DNA of 64,000 bases from a virus. Lineage: Duplodnaviria > Heunggongvirae > Uroviricota > Caudoviricetes. Where the stretch lies: positions 1 to 64,000 of IMG/VR virus record IMGVR_UViG_3300035034_002381; one strand, written 5' to 3'. Positions within the stretch are counted from its first letter, which is position 1. Each line of letters opens with the position of its first letter. Positions 54,638 through 64,000 of the stretch are shown one piece after another. Below the pieces are notes generated by a model. That model ran no database searches, was not told the origin of the DNA, and worked only from the letters and a program-made list of their open reading frames with translations. The translations under genes and the position numbers were made by a program.

Positions 54638-56094
54638 TGGCACAAGAAGAAAAAAGTATAATACGTTCATTATTAGAACCAACAATTGCTTTAGATGAAC
54701 TTTCATTTGCGGATGTCGAAGAAGGTACAAATTCGGGTAATTTTAGAGGAGATAAAGTCCAAAAAACAATAGGTAATTTATTTCCTATGATAGTTATTAA
54801 CGACTATATTATTTCTGAGGAAGAGCTTGAAAGAATGACAATCGACACTACTGGATTTATTCCATTAATTACGATAAAAATGGTTTTGTCTCAAACGTCA
54901 ACATTTGTATCCAAAGCAATGCCCAAAGATGGTGATTTAATGAATGTCTTTGTACGAGCAAGATCAAACGAATTTAAACCTATACGCAATGATTATCTAA
55001 TCACAAACGTTTCAACATCTAAAAGTGTAACTCCTGACGGACATGGAATGTCTATTATTATAGGAGGCGAATTATTTATACCCAATTTATATGATGAAAG
55101 AATAGTTGCTAAGAATGGTTCTTCGTATGAGGCTATAAAAGAAATTGCGCAAGACTTAGGTTTAGGATTTGCGTCAAACGAATCTTTTACAGCTGACGAA
55201 CAAACATGGTTATGTGGTAACAATTCATATTATAATTTTATCCATCATATTACAGATTCTTCTTGGAAAAATGAAAATTCTTTTTTCCAATGCTTTATTG
55301 ATATCTATTATCATTTAAATTTTGTGAATGTGAACAATCAATTCAGTGATCAAGTTAGAATAGATGACGCGCTGGTCGATACGTTATTTTCACAAGATAC
55401 ATTAGAAGGAGAAGAAATAGCATTGACTATTGACCGTAAAGTATTCACAAATATTACTGATAAACAGGGAACACCCATGTGGATTAAGAAATATGCTATG
55501 ATTAACCAATCATCTGATTTGGCCAAAAAATATGGTTATAAAATGCATTGTGAGTTTTTTGAACAAAATACATTAGAGAAATGGGATATTTTTTCAGAAC
55601 CATTAATTGTAGAAAGTTCAGAAAATAACAAAATTCTATTAAAAGGTAGACCTAATGAGGATTTTTATAAAACTCAGATTAAAAAGAGATGGGCAGGTCT
55701 GCAATATTCATTACCCGAACATAATGTACATGATAAATATTTGTATGCACAAATTAATAATCTTATGAACAATACTGAGCTGAAAAAATTACAGCTCAAA
55801 ATTGAAGTACCTAGAGCAAATTTCAATATTTATCGGGGAGAGCGGGTGCCTTGTGTACTTATTTCAGTTGGTGATCCTAGGAAAACTCCGTATTTACAAG
55901 GAGAACAAGAATTGTCCGAAGGCGGAGATTTGTCATCACCGACTGCACCTGTTCTTGATAAATTTTTAAGCGGATACTATATGATTCAGGGTATGGTATT
56001 TTCTTACAAAACAAGAAATCCTGATTTACCGGAAGATCGAGCATTTTTCTCGGAGGATATTATACTTTCTAGAAGGGTTTGGCCTGTACCGTGA
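54637..56094 (+). CDS. hypothetical structural-module protein
   Basis: 485 aa; ATGG overlap. Confidence 0.5.
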   Translation: MAQEEKSIIRSLLEPTIALDELSFADVEEGTNSGNFRGDKVQKTIGNLFPMIVINDYIISEEELERMTIDTTGFIPLITIKMVLSQTSTFVSKAMPKDGDLMNVFVRARSNEFKPIRNDYLITNVSTSKSVTPDGHGMSIIIGGELFIPNLYDERIVAKNGSSYEAIKEIAQDLGLGFASNESFTADEQTWLCGNNSYYNFIHHITDSSWKNENSFFQCFIDIYYHLNFVNVNNQFSDQVRIDDALVDTLFSQDTLEGEEIALTIDRKVFTNITDKQGTPMWIKKYAMINQSSDLAKKYGYKMHCEFFEQNTLEKWDIFSEPLIVESSENNKILLKGRPNEDFYKTQIKKRWAGLQYSLPEHNVHDKYLYAQINNLMNNTELKKLQLKIEVPRANFNIYRGERVPCVLISVGDPRKTPYLQGEQELSEGGDLSSPTAPVLDKFLSGYYMIQGMVFSYKTRNPDLPEDRAFFSEDIILSRRVWPVP

Positions 56095-56104
56095 TATATA
56101 ACTT

Positions 56105-59023
56105 ATGTCAGCAAATACTAAATATCTAAAAAGAAAGCATGTTTCTAAATTTTTGCAATCTGCACAATTTTTAGGAAAAAGAGGTGTCCTACATAATGAT
56201 TATGACGAACCTACATACGTTGGGTTCTGGGTAGAATTTGATTTTGTTGGCCCTTCATTAGATGATCCTGCGCTGATTAATTATAATCGGATGCCTAATG
56301 GACTTTTAGGTACTGAAAATGGTACATATTCGGCTGAAAAATATCTTAGAAGCATCAACGAGGATCGTAAGGCTGATATGATTAATGCGTTTAATAAACT
56401 TCTTCGAGATATTTCTAAAGAAACTCCGGATGCAATAGCATCAATATCGGGTTTGGATTCTCTGTATAAATTAGATCCGACAAAAAGTTGGAGAGCATCA
56501 GAAGCTGAAATTACATTGAATTTTGAAGAATCTATAGATAATCGCATCAACGCACTGTTTGATCTTTATCGCCAGGGTGCATTCGATGCGTCATTTATGC
56601 GTTGGGCATTACCGGATATTCATAGGTTTTTTAAAATGAATATTTATGTTACAGAGTTTAGAGCTTTCCATGTACCAAGAGGTAATAACGAAAGAGCAAC
56701 ACTAGAAGAAAATGAAGACTTTATAGATATAGGAGATCAAAATAGATCAGGTAAAAGTTTTTTGAATCAACAAGTTGATGGATACAAAACACAATTCAAT
56801 AATATCAGTGATTCAATTAATGAAAGAACTGCTACAGGACCTGATGGTAAAAGTCGTCTAGCAAGTGAAGTGAGTTCAGGATCATTTTTCAGTGCACAAA
56901 CGTCTGATGATATTTCAACTAACGATTATTTTTTGAAGGTTCTCGATAAGAATCTCACGATATTAAAATTTGAACTTGGTGACTGTGAAATTGTTTTACC
57001 TGAACTTGCACCTTCGTGGACACAAGAAATATCAAATCAAATTCATGGAGAATCTTTAACAGCAGCAATGAAGATAAAAATTGGTAATATTTGTGAGGTT
57101 AATGAATATTCAGCTTTAGGTGCTAGCTTATTTCAAGGTTTAGATAATTTAAGTGATTACGTTTTATCCTGTAAATTCAAAACACAGAAAACTGATATTG
57201 ATAAATATTTCGAAATTTTAGGTGATAGTTCTAAATCTACTGCGGACAGTGTCTATTCTGACGTTAATTATCCTTATGGTAAAGGACATTTAACAAACAG
57301 TGATAATGAAATTTTTAAAGGCATAGGCGAAAGATTGTTAGAAAATTCATTTACATTATTAGAATCTACTATACAAAATGCAGTGAGTGAAGAAGTTAAT
57401 GGTGTGTTTTTAGGAAATGTTTATAATTTTTCTGCTGCAAGTGCATTCAGAAGCTTATCAGCTGATCCAAGAGCAATTGGTGCATCACTTTCACAGATTA
57501 TTAATAACGCAAATGGGTCTGAGAATGGTGGAGAAATTCTAAACAACATTAACCTAGAAATCACAAGGGCACCAGACTTAATCAAAAATAATCCTAAACT
57601 TGAATTAAATTTTTCAGAAACTAGAGATCAGAATCCTGGAAGCGCAGATATTGAATCTGTTGACCCACAGGAACAAGACCCGGGAAATTCTGGCTTGACA
57701 CAAGTCGAAATTAATGAGTCTTCACCAGGTAACATTGGATTATTAAGCACACCCACCAATCCAGGTAATCCAGGATCAATAGATTTAAGAATACCAGAAA
57801 AAGCTCAGGCAAATCAAGAAAATGTAGATTTAAATTCTCCAGATTCTCCACAAGCCTCTCCACAAAACGCAGATCTAAATTTTACAGAGCCTCAGAATCA
57901 GAGTACAGGAAATATAGAATTAACACAAGTACCAAACTCTGAAGCTGACACGGGTAACATCGGATTATCCGATGTTCCAGTAAATGACATAAGTGAGCTT
58001 GGAAATCAAGATCTAAACTTTAGAGAGACTACAGACGAAAATCCAGGTAATGTTGATTTAGACGAAATTAGTATATCAGAAGGAAATTTAAGTAATGTTG
58101 GTTTAGACATTAATGAAGTGCAATCAGATACAGAAGATAATGTTGATTTAAATTATCCACCAATAAATGATGCTGATCAAAATAATGTACAACTCACACA
58201 AGTCGAGTCCTCTAATGATCAACCTAATAATGTTGGAATAGATTTTTCTGAATCTACTGATACAAATTTAGATAATCTCGAATTGAATTATCCATCAAAA
58301 TCTACAACCAAAGAAGAAAACGTGGGTTTAGATAATGTAGAAATAAAATCAGACAGACCTACAAATGTTGGTTTGGAAATTGATGAAAACATTAATGAAA
58401 CTGACAAAAACGTAGATCTCAATTATGTTAATAACAAATCTAGTGTTGACGAAAATATCAATTTATCTGAGGTCGAATTAAAATCAAAAAGACCACAATC
58501 TGTTGATTTAAAATTTAATACTAATCCTGAAGCTGAAAATGATAACGTAGACTTAGATTATCCTAAGAAGATTAATAAGGAAAATGAACCAGTTGAAAAT
58601 ATTTCATTATCCGAAGTTAATGATCCTAAAAATACTGTAAATAACGTTGACATTAATTATATAGAACAAAAGAAAAAGGAAAGACCTACAAAAATAGAAA
58701 TAGATGGTGATTATCTTAGAAAGGAAGCGCTAGGTAAAATTGAATTAAAAGGACAAGAATCAACAGGAAAAATTGACACGAAAGTAAATGTCAGTTATCC
58801 ACAAAAAGATAAGAATGAGCCTGGCAATTCCGGTATTGAATATGAATACACAACCGAGAAGGATGTTATAGGAAATACACAAGAAGAATCACCAGAAAAT
58901 GAGACTAATTTAGATAACAAAAACGCAGGTTTAAAATATAGAGATCATAAAACTTTTCCAAAAGAAGGAACAGAAATTCAGTCAACAAAACCTATTAAAA
59001 AGCCTAAGCGCAAAAACGAATAA
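56105..59023 (+). CDS. large structural protein with ~400-aa C-terminal degenerate tandem repeats (NVDLNY / NVGL units)
   Basis: 972 aa; acidic repeat region about 57600-58900. Confidence 0.5.
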   Translation: MSANTKYLKRKHVSKFLQSAQFLGKRGVLHNDYDEPTYVGFWVEFDFVGPSLDDPALINYNRMPNGLLGTENGTYSAEKYLRSINEDRKADMINAFNKLLRDISKETPDAIASISGLDSLYKLDPTKSWRASEAEITLNFEESIDNRINALFDLYRQGAFDASFMRWALPDIHRFFKMNIYVTEFRAFHVPRGNNERATLEENEDFIDIGDQNRSGKSFLNQQVDGYKTQFNNISDSINERTATGPDGKSRLASEVSSGSFFSAQTSDDISTNDYFLKVLDKNLTILKFELGDCEIVLPELAPSWTQEISNQIHGESLTAAMKIKIGNICEVNEYSALGASLFQGLDNLSDYVLSCKFKTQKTDIDKYFEILGDSSKSTADSVYSDVNYPYGKGHLTNSDNEIFKGIGERLLENSFTLLESTIQNAVSEEVNGVFLGNVYNFSAASAFRSLSADPRAIGASLSQIINNANGSENGGEILNNINLEITRAPDLIKNNPKLELNFSETRDQNPGSADIESVDPQEQDPGNSGLTQVEINESSPGNIGLLSTPTNPGNPGSIDLRIPEKAQANQENVDLNSPDSPQASPQNADLNFTEPQNQSTGNIELTQVPNSEADTGNIGLSDVPVNDISELGNQDLNFRETTDENPGNVDLDEISISEGNLSNVGLDINEVQSDTEDNVDLNYPPINDADQNNVQLTQVESSNDQPNNVGIDFSESTDTNLDNLELNYPSKSTTKEENVGLDNVEIKSDRPTNVGLEIDENINETDKNVDLNYVNNKSSVDENINLSEVELKSKRPQSVDLKFNTNPEAENDNVDLDYPKKINKENEPVENISLSEVNDPKNTVNNVDINYIEQKKKERPTKIEIDGDYLRKEALGKIELKGQESTGKIDTKVNVSYPQKDKNEPGNSGIEYEYTTEKDVIGNTQEESPENETNLDNKNAGLKYRDHKTFPKEGTEIQSTKPIKKPKRKNE

Positions 59024-59025
59024 AT

Positions 59026-59817
59026 ATGAGTACTAAAAACCAAGAAAAAAGATTATTATCCCAAGATCTTAAAGAGAAAAATTGGATTGGTGAAGTAGTA
59101 GAAAACGATGATCCCGAAATAGAATTCAGATGTAAAATAAAAGTCTTTGGACTATTTGATGATTTAGAAACAGATTCTATTCCCTGGGCATTTCCTGCTA
59201 ATCAAGGAATTTTTGCGTCTGAAGCGGGTGGTGCAGGTAGTGGTTCAGTTCCAAAAATCGGTACTTTACTCAAGGTGACTTTTGAAAATGGAGATATATA
59301 TTCTCCTATGTATCATGCAATACAAAATATTAACCCAGCACTTAAAGAAGAGATTAGAGATGATTATCTTGGATCACATGTGATTGCATATGATGAAGAT
59401 GCAGATTTAAAGATTTTATACCAACCTGATACCGGAATAAAAATCCATCTCAGAGATTCCCATGTTACAATTAATCCTGATGAAAGCATTACAATAGAAC
59501 ATAGGGATTCTTTAAGTATCATAGAACTTGTAGGCGATACAGTGAATGTAGTTACACAGAATAGAATAGAAATGACAGCAGATACGGATATTATTGCGAC
59601 TGCACCACAAGCTACTATTAATGGTACACAAAGAACTACGTTAGGTCCATTAGGTAATTTTGGTGCAGTAGGTTCTGAACCTTTATGGGCATTTCTAAAA
59701 AGTTTAGCAGCCGTAGTTGATGCTAAATGGCCTCCAACACCAGGTATTAATGCTGCAGCTGCAGCGGCAGGAGAAGTAGCAAGTACATCACTCAACAATA
59801 AAGTCTCAGTTCCGTAA
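59026..59817 (+). CDS. baseplate hub/spike protein, gpV / gp5 N-terminal OB-fold like
   Basis: GEVVENDDPEIEFRCKIKVFGLFDD...IPWAFPANQGIFASEAGGAGSGSVPKIGTLLKVTFENGDIYSPMY matches the gpV/VgrG N-terminal pattern. Confidence 0.6.
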   Translation: MSTKNQEKRLLSQDLKEKNWIGEVVENDDPEIEFRCKIKVFGLFDDLETDSIPWAFPANQGIFASEAGGAGSGSVPKIGTLLKVTFENGDIYSPMYHAIQNINPALKEEIRDDYLGSHVIAYDEDADLKILYQPDTGIKIHLRDSHVTINPDESITIEHRDSLSIIELVGDTVNVVTQNRIEMTADTDIIATAPQATINGTQRTTLGPLGNFGAVGSEPLWAFLKSLAAVVDAKWPPTPGINAAAAAAGEVASTSLNNKVSVP

Positions 59818-59827
59818 AAAATAAAAA

Positions 59828-62587
59828 ATGTCATTAGAACAAGCAACTTCAGAACTCAACAGATTATTAAACACTATACCAAATAGATCGGAAGAGATTC
59901 AAAATTTTATTGAGTTACAAAAAGAATCTTTCAGAAACATTGATGGTGAATTATTTCCTAAGACAGGATTTGAAGAATTATCTTCCGCTGAGTTATTAAA
60001 TATTATAGATCAAACTTATCCTGGGTTCAAAGAAAACTTTCAAGAAATATTCGATACAATTGTACCTGTCACAATTAACGAATTTGACTCTGATGTCTAT
60101 AGCGAAAAGGAAATTCTTGAAGTAATTGAAGATTGGAAGAAAGAATGTGCTATTAGATCGTTAGGTCAAGAAAATTTTTCTAAAGAAGAGATTATAGACT
60201 CTGTTAAAGAGTGTCGGCAACAAGTAGAAAATCCTATCATTCCGTTCACAAGACAAGAAATTATTAAGGCTGCATGTGAAAAAATTATAGAAGAATCGGA
60301 AGTAAATCCAGAAGCAGTCATTCCAGGAAACCCCGATATTGAAGATGTTATTGGTGTCGACACAATAGAACCTGAACTAGGAGTCCAAGAATTAGACAAT
60401 TTACTAGAAGCAATCAAGGATCCGACTGATGTGATAATTATCGGAAATACTTTAGACACAATCCTAGAAATTTTAGTAAAAGTTGGTGATCAAATCTCAT
60501 GTGCCACACCGTTATTTAGAACAGAATCTGGAATAATACCCGGAGGATTTGACTCAGGAGTTGTAAAAGAAATATTTGTGACTGTCGGAGATTCAATACA
60601 AAACACAGAATTAATTCACATAAATGTTCTTTCAAAAAGTAAGTTAGAAAAATCTTTTGCTGAATCTAAAGAACAGATATCAGAAATTCAACAAGCTGTG
60701 GCTCTAAAGGAACAACAATATCAAGCTGAAAAGAAATGGTATTTTTTAAGATTAGAAGAAGCTTGGTTATCAGGTCGCTATGAATCATATGAATATTATT
60801 TTTCTGGTTTTACTGAAGCATTACAAAGAAGAGATACAGAAAATCAAAGATTACAGGATTTAACACAAGAAATTACTGATATCGAAGATCAAATCAATAC
60901 ATTATTTCAGGGTTATGAAACTACATTTGGAACTGGATCATTACCATTAGCAACAAGACAAAATTTAAGAAGTTTAATAGATCTTAGAAATGTTATTTAT
61001 ATTCAGATTCAGGGTGCCGTTTCCATTATAAACCAAGCGAATGGTGAAATCTTACAATTAAGAAATGAACAATACATTTTTGCTGCTACTGAGGCTGATA
61101 TTAATGCGGAAATCACGTCCGAAACTTCTATTATTGACGATTCTATTTTTTCTGTAGATATTCAAGGTAATCCAGCACCGAATGGAAATTTTATTGTTAA
61201 TCCAATTTTTGATGGTGGTACCCAAGTTCAATTCTTTATTCCTTCACAAGAAACAGTGAATGCGTATCCATCATCAAGAACTTTGGCAAAAGGAGTTCAA
61301 CAAAGAATCGAAGAATTCACAAATGAATTAGGAATCAATAATACTATTTCTAGATATATGGACGATGACGATTATTCGTTTAGTTATAATTTATCGTTTA
61401 CACGATTCCCTATAGATATTGATGGAGATGACGATGACGCATGGATCGAAGCTGAAATTATATCTAGAGATAATAGGCGAGATAGATTGTCGGGACCCTT
61501 TCATAATTTACGAGTAGGATTTTATTTGTTTGTTACAGAATCTAGTGATACATTAAAATCTACACCAGCATGGAATATTGAAGTTAAGGAAAAGGAAAAC
61601 TTATTAAGACTAAATATTGATAGTGCTATTAATAATGCTGAAAATAGAATTCGAGATTATTCTAAACAATATGGCCACATTGCTATAAAACTTCAGGACG
61701 CGTTTTTAGAAATACCTGGCACTAGTACTTTAGATTCATTTAGAATTTCTCTAGAAAATAAAGGGGCTGAACGACAAGCAGCCGAAGAATTAGTCTCAAC
61801 TATTAGAGGTGGATTAGAATCAGCAGAAGAAAAAATTCAACAATTAGAAGAAACTCTGAATTCAATAGATAATAAGACTTGCGAATATTATAAGATTTAT
61901 TCCACAGAACTCAGAAATGATATTAATTTTAAATTATGTATTTGGCCACAAGCTACATCTTTAAACGGTAATGGTGGTAGTGAAAATGGAGTACCATTAG
62001 TAAATGAGGAAATTAATTATAGATCTAATCCAAGATCATTAGAAGAATCTCCACCAATAACTGATCTAGAATGGTGGAAAAAATTCTGTAATTTAGCAAC
62101 AATATTTAATTTAGTACCCATTTATTGGCCTATTGGATTATTAATTCCTAATCCTAGTGGTATACTCAAAATTCCTTTACCAGTTATTTGGAGACCTATA
62201 TTTGTATTACAGACTCCATTAGCATTGATTGTAATTGGAATTGCACAAGCCGGAGTATTACCTGGACCATTTGTTTTTGTACTAAATCCTAATGCGTTTA
62301 GTTTGGGGCCAGTAAGTTTAAATTCTTGTTGGTTTACTGGTGCAGTCAGACCATTCAAAAAAATTAAAAATAAACCAGGATCTCAAATTTTACCTATTGC
62401 ACCAATTATACAAATAGGATTGAACAAAATTGACATAAATCCGAGTGCTACTTCTTTGATTCCATTTATTAAGGATGATCTGCCACCATACGAAAGACTT
62501 TCTTTAAATAACATTCTATTTTTGTTATTCTTGAATAGTTGGTGTAGTGCTGGCAAGAAAAGCCAAGGATTTTTTACTAACCCCTAA
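59828..62587 (+). CDS. large baseplate-associated protein with Pro/Gly-rich hydrophobic C-terminus
   Basis: 919 aa immediately after spike gene. Confidence 0.5.
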   Translation: MSLEQATSELNRLLNTIPNRSEEIQNFIELQKESFRNIDGELFPKTGFEELSSAELLNIIDQTYPGFKENFQEIFDTIVPVTINEFDSDVYSEKEILEVIEDWKKECAIRSLGQENFSKEEIIDSVKECRQQVENPIIPFTRQEIIKAACEKIIEESEVNPEAVIPGNPDIEDVIGVDTIEPELGVQELDNLLEAIKDPTDVIIIGNTLDTILEILVKVGDQISCATPLFRTESGIIPGGFDSGVVKEIFVTVGDSIQNTELIHINVLSKSKLEKSFAESKEQISEIQQAVALKEQQYQAEKKWYFLRLEEAWLSGRYESYEYYFSGFTEALQRRDTENQRLQDLTQEITDIEDQINTLFQGYETTFGTGSLPLATRQNLRSLIDLRNVIYIQIQGAVSIINQANGEILQLRNEQYIFAATEADINAEITSETSIIDDSIFSVDIQGNPAPNGNFIVNPIFDGGTQVQFFIPSQETVNAYPSSRTLAKGVQQRIEEFTNELGINNTISRYMDDDDYSFSYNLSFTRFPIDIDGDDDDAWIEAEIISRDNRRDRLSGPFHNLRVGFYLFVTESSDTLKSTPAWNIEVKEKENLLRLNIDSAINNAENRIRDYSKQYGHIAIKLQDAFLEIPGTSTLDSFRISLENKGAERQAAEELVSTIRGGLESAEEKIQQLEETLNSIDNKTCEYYKIYSTELRNDINFKLCIWPQATSLNGNGGSENGVPLVNEEINYRSNPRSLEESPPITDLEWWKKFCNLATIFNLVPIYWPIGLLIPNPSGILKIPLPVIWRPIFVLQTPLALIVIGIAQAGVLPGPFVFVLNPNAFSLGPVSLNSCWFTGAVRPFKKIKNKPGSQILPIAPIIQIGLNKIDINPSATSLIPFIKDDLPPYERLSLNNILFLLFLNSWCSAGKKSQGFFTNP

Positions 62588-62634
62588 TTGATATATACTA
62601 AATAAACAATTATCAATTTTTTAAAAATAACAAA

Positions 62635-63840
62635 ATGAATAACATTACTGAACAAGGAGATCCAGATTTTGACTGGGCAACATATGAATCGGAAGATTTT
62701 AAAGGTTATAACAAGGATATCCAAAAAATCTATCCAGAGTCTAGAGTTTTATGTAGAAAAGACTATGCTTTAGATTTATACGAGTTAATGCTGGATTATC
62801 CAGTCAAAATTAAAGATGTCCAAGATGGAGATATAGTACAAATAACCTCTATTGAACCTGTCGAGGAATACACAGTATTAGTTACGACATATAATGGATT
62901 ATCTTTACGAGTAGATTTAACTAAAGAAAAAAGGTTCTGCGGGTTTTACGATTTAACACCCGAAGATTTATGGGAAGTTTTACAATCACCAGAAAATCAA
63001 ACAGAAATATTGGAGTCTGAACCAGTGTATATCGAAATTAAGAATACATCACAAGGGATAATTGGAAGCTTATCTAAAGCTCGAGATCATAAAGTTCAAC
63101 ATGATTTTCTTGAAGAAATTAAAAGCCCTTCTAGTGCATATCAAGCAAAGGTTGTTGGATTAAATAAGGGTGGATTTTTTGTAAAGGTTCAAGGTATTGA
63201 CGCATTTCTACCAGGTGGATTAGCTGCGGCAAATAAAATTACGAATTTTGAATCTTATTTAGGTAAAGAAATACCTGTAATGATTGAAGATTACTTGAAG
63301 GATAATGATACATTCATTGTTAGTAACAAAAAATATTTAGATCATATTTTACCAGGTAAAATTGCAAATTTATCCTTAGATAAGGAATATAAAGGTACAG
63401 TTACTGGTACTGCAAAGTTTGGTATTTTTATTGAATTTGATGAAATTTTTACTGGACTGATCCATGTTTCTAAAATGATTAAAGAAACCAAAGAACTTTT
63501 TAAGAACAGGGAAATTAAAGCAGGAGATGAAATGTATTTCTGGATCAAAGAAATCACTGATACTAACAAGATTATTTTGTCTGAAGAAAATCCTATGCTT
63601 AAAAAGATTGCGTTTGATCAATTCAAAGAAAGTAGTGTAGGAATGATTAAAGAAGGTAAAGTTATCTCAAACAAACCCTTTGGGACATTAGTCAAAATGG
63701 AAAAAGATATCATAGGATTAATTTCTAAAAAGGAATTAAAAACAAAAAATATTTTTCCTGAAGTAGGTGGAACTATTATGGTGACTGTGGATGATATCAA
63801 GAAAAATAAAATTTATCTTTCATTACCTAATGAAGCCTAA
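62635..63840 (+). CDS. multi-S1-domain RNA-binding protein (ribosomal protein S1-like repeats)
   Basis: Repeated S1-like segments: YQAKVVGLNKGGFFVKVQGIDAFLPGG, KGTVTGTAKFGIFIEFDEIFTGLIHVSKM, GKVISNKPFGTLVKMEKDIIGLISKKEL. Confidence 0.5.
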   Translation: MNNITEQGDPDFDWATYESEDFKGYNKDIQKIYPESRVLCRKDYALDLYELMLDYPVKIKDVQDGDIVQITSIEPVEEYTVLVTTYNGLSLRVDLTKEKRFCGFYDLTPEDLWEVLQSPENQTEILESEPVYIEIKNTSQGIIGSLSKARDHKVQHDFLEEIKSPSSAYQAKVVGLNKGGFFVKVQGIDAFLPGGLAAANKITNFESYLGKEIPVMIEDYLKDNDTFIVSNKKYLDHILPGKIANLSLDKEYKGTVTGTAKFGIFIEFDEIFTGLIHVSKMIKETKELFKNREIKAGDEMYFWIKEITDTNKIILSEENPMLKKIAFDQFKESSVGMIKEGKVISNKPFGTLVKMEKDIIGLISKKELKTKNIFPEVGGTIMVTVDDIKKNKIYLSLPNEA

Positions 63841-63844
63841 ACAT

Positions 63845-64000
63845 TATACACAGAATGAAATTTTAGAAGGTTCTAGAATAGGAATCGAGTTTGAGTTTTA
63901 TACCAAAATTTCACCAAATAAAGTAGGAAAAATGCTTTCTGAAAAATTAGGTAAAAACGTGGTAGTACCAAAATCTATTACCGAACTTGAGAAAAAAGAA
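63845..64000 (+). CDS. partial ORF running off the window end
   Basis: Open frame ...EILEGSRIGIEFEFYTKISPNKVGKMLSEKLGKNVVVPKSITELEKKE with no stop before 64000. Confidence 0.25.

Overview
This window reads as a contiguous piece of a large, AT-rich tailed-phage genome, probably from a phage of a Bacteroidetes host. Nearly every gene is on the + strand. Main contents: (1) three tRNA-rich blocks (229-1093, 3340-4400, 9155-10978) with about 25 tRNA genes, plus an unusual set of tRNA-like, non-canonical RNA elements. (2) A Ro60/TROVE-like vWA protein (4529-6472) directly downstream of the tRNA-like ncRNA block, which suggests a phage Rsr/Y-RNA-type ribonucleoprotein module. (3) A head module: a prohead protease-scaffold fusion (17120-19195) and a major capsid protein (19214-21007), followed by a free-standing homing-endonuclease-like gene flanked by a duplicated copy of the capsid gene 3' end. 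(4) A family of small genes that share a T4 internal-protein-like N-terminal capsid-targeting peptide (MKNLKTFEQF...LxE). (5) A 17-kb metabolic island (26563-45468) encoding a LicA/LicC-like kinase-cytidylyltransferase, LicD, GT2 and GT25 glycosyltransferases, an FkbM methyltransferase, a pyruvyl-transferase-like protein, a SET-domain protein, a Prs/Adps-like plus NAMPT/NadV-like pair (possibly an NAD+ reconstitution module), a C5 DNA methyltransferase, a dNMP kinase and a thymidylate-synthase-family pyrimidine-modifying enzyme (possible DNA hypermodification). (6) A tail/baseplate module (50463-62587) with a gpV-like spike and a large repeat protein, followed by a multi-S1-domain RNA-binding protein. 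Terminators, a repeated terminator-promoter cassette and an AAAACTTT...TATAAT promoter-like motif were identified. No CRISPR array, rRNA or integrase was seen. All functional calls rest on motifs recognised by eye and need HMM or BLAST confirmation.
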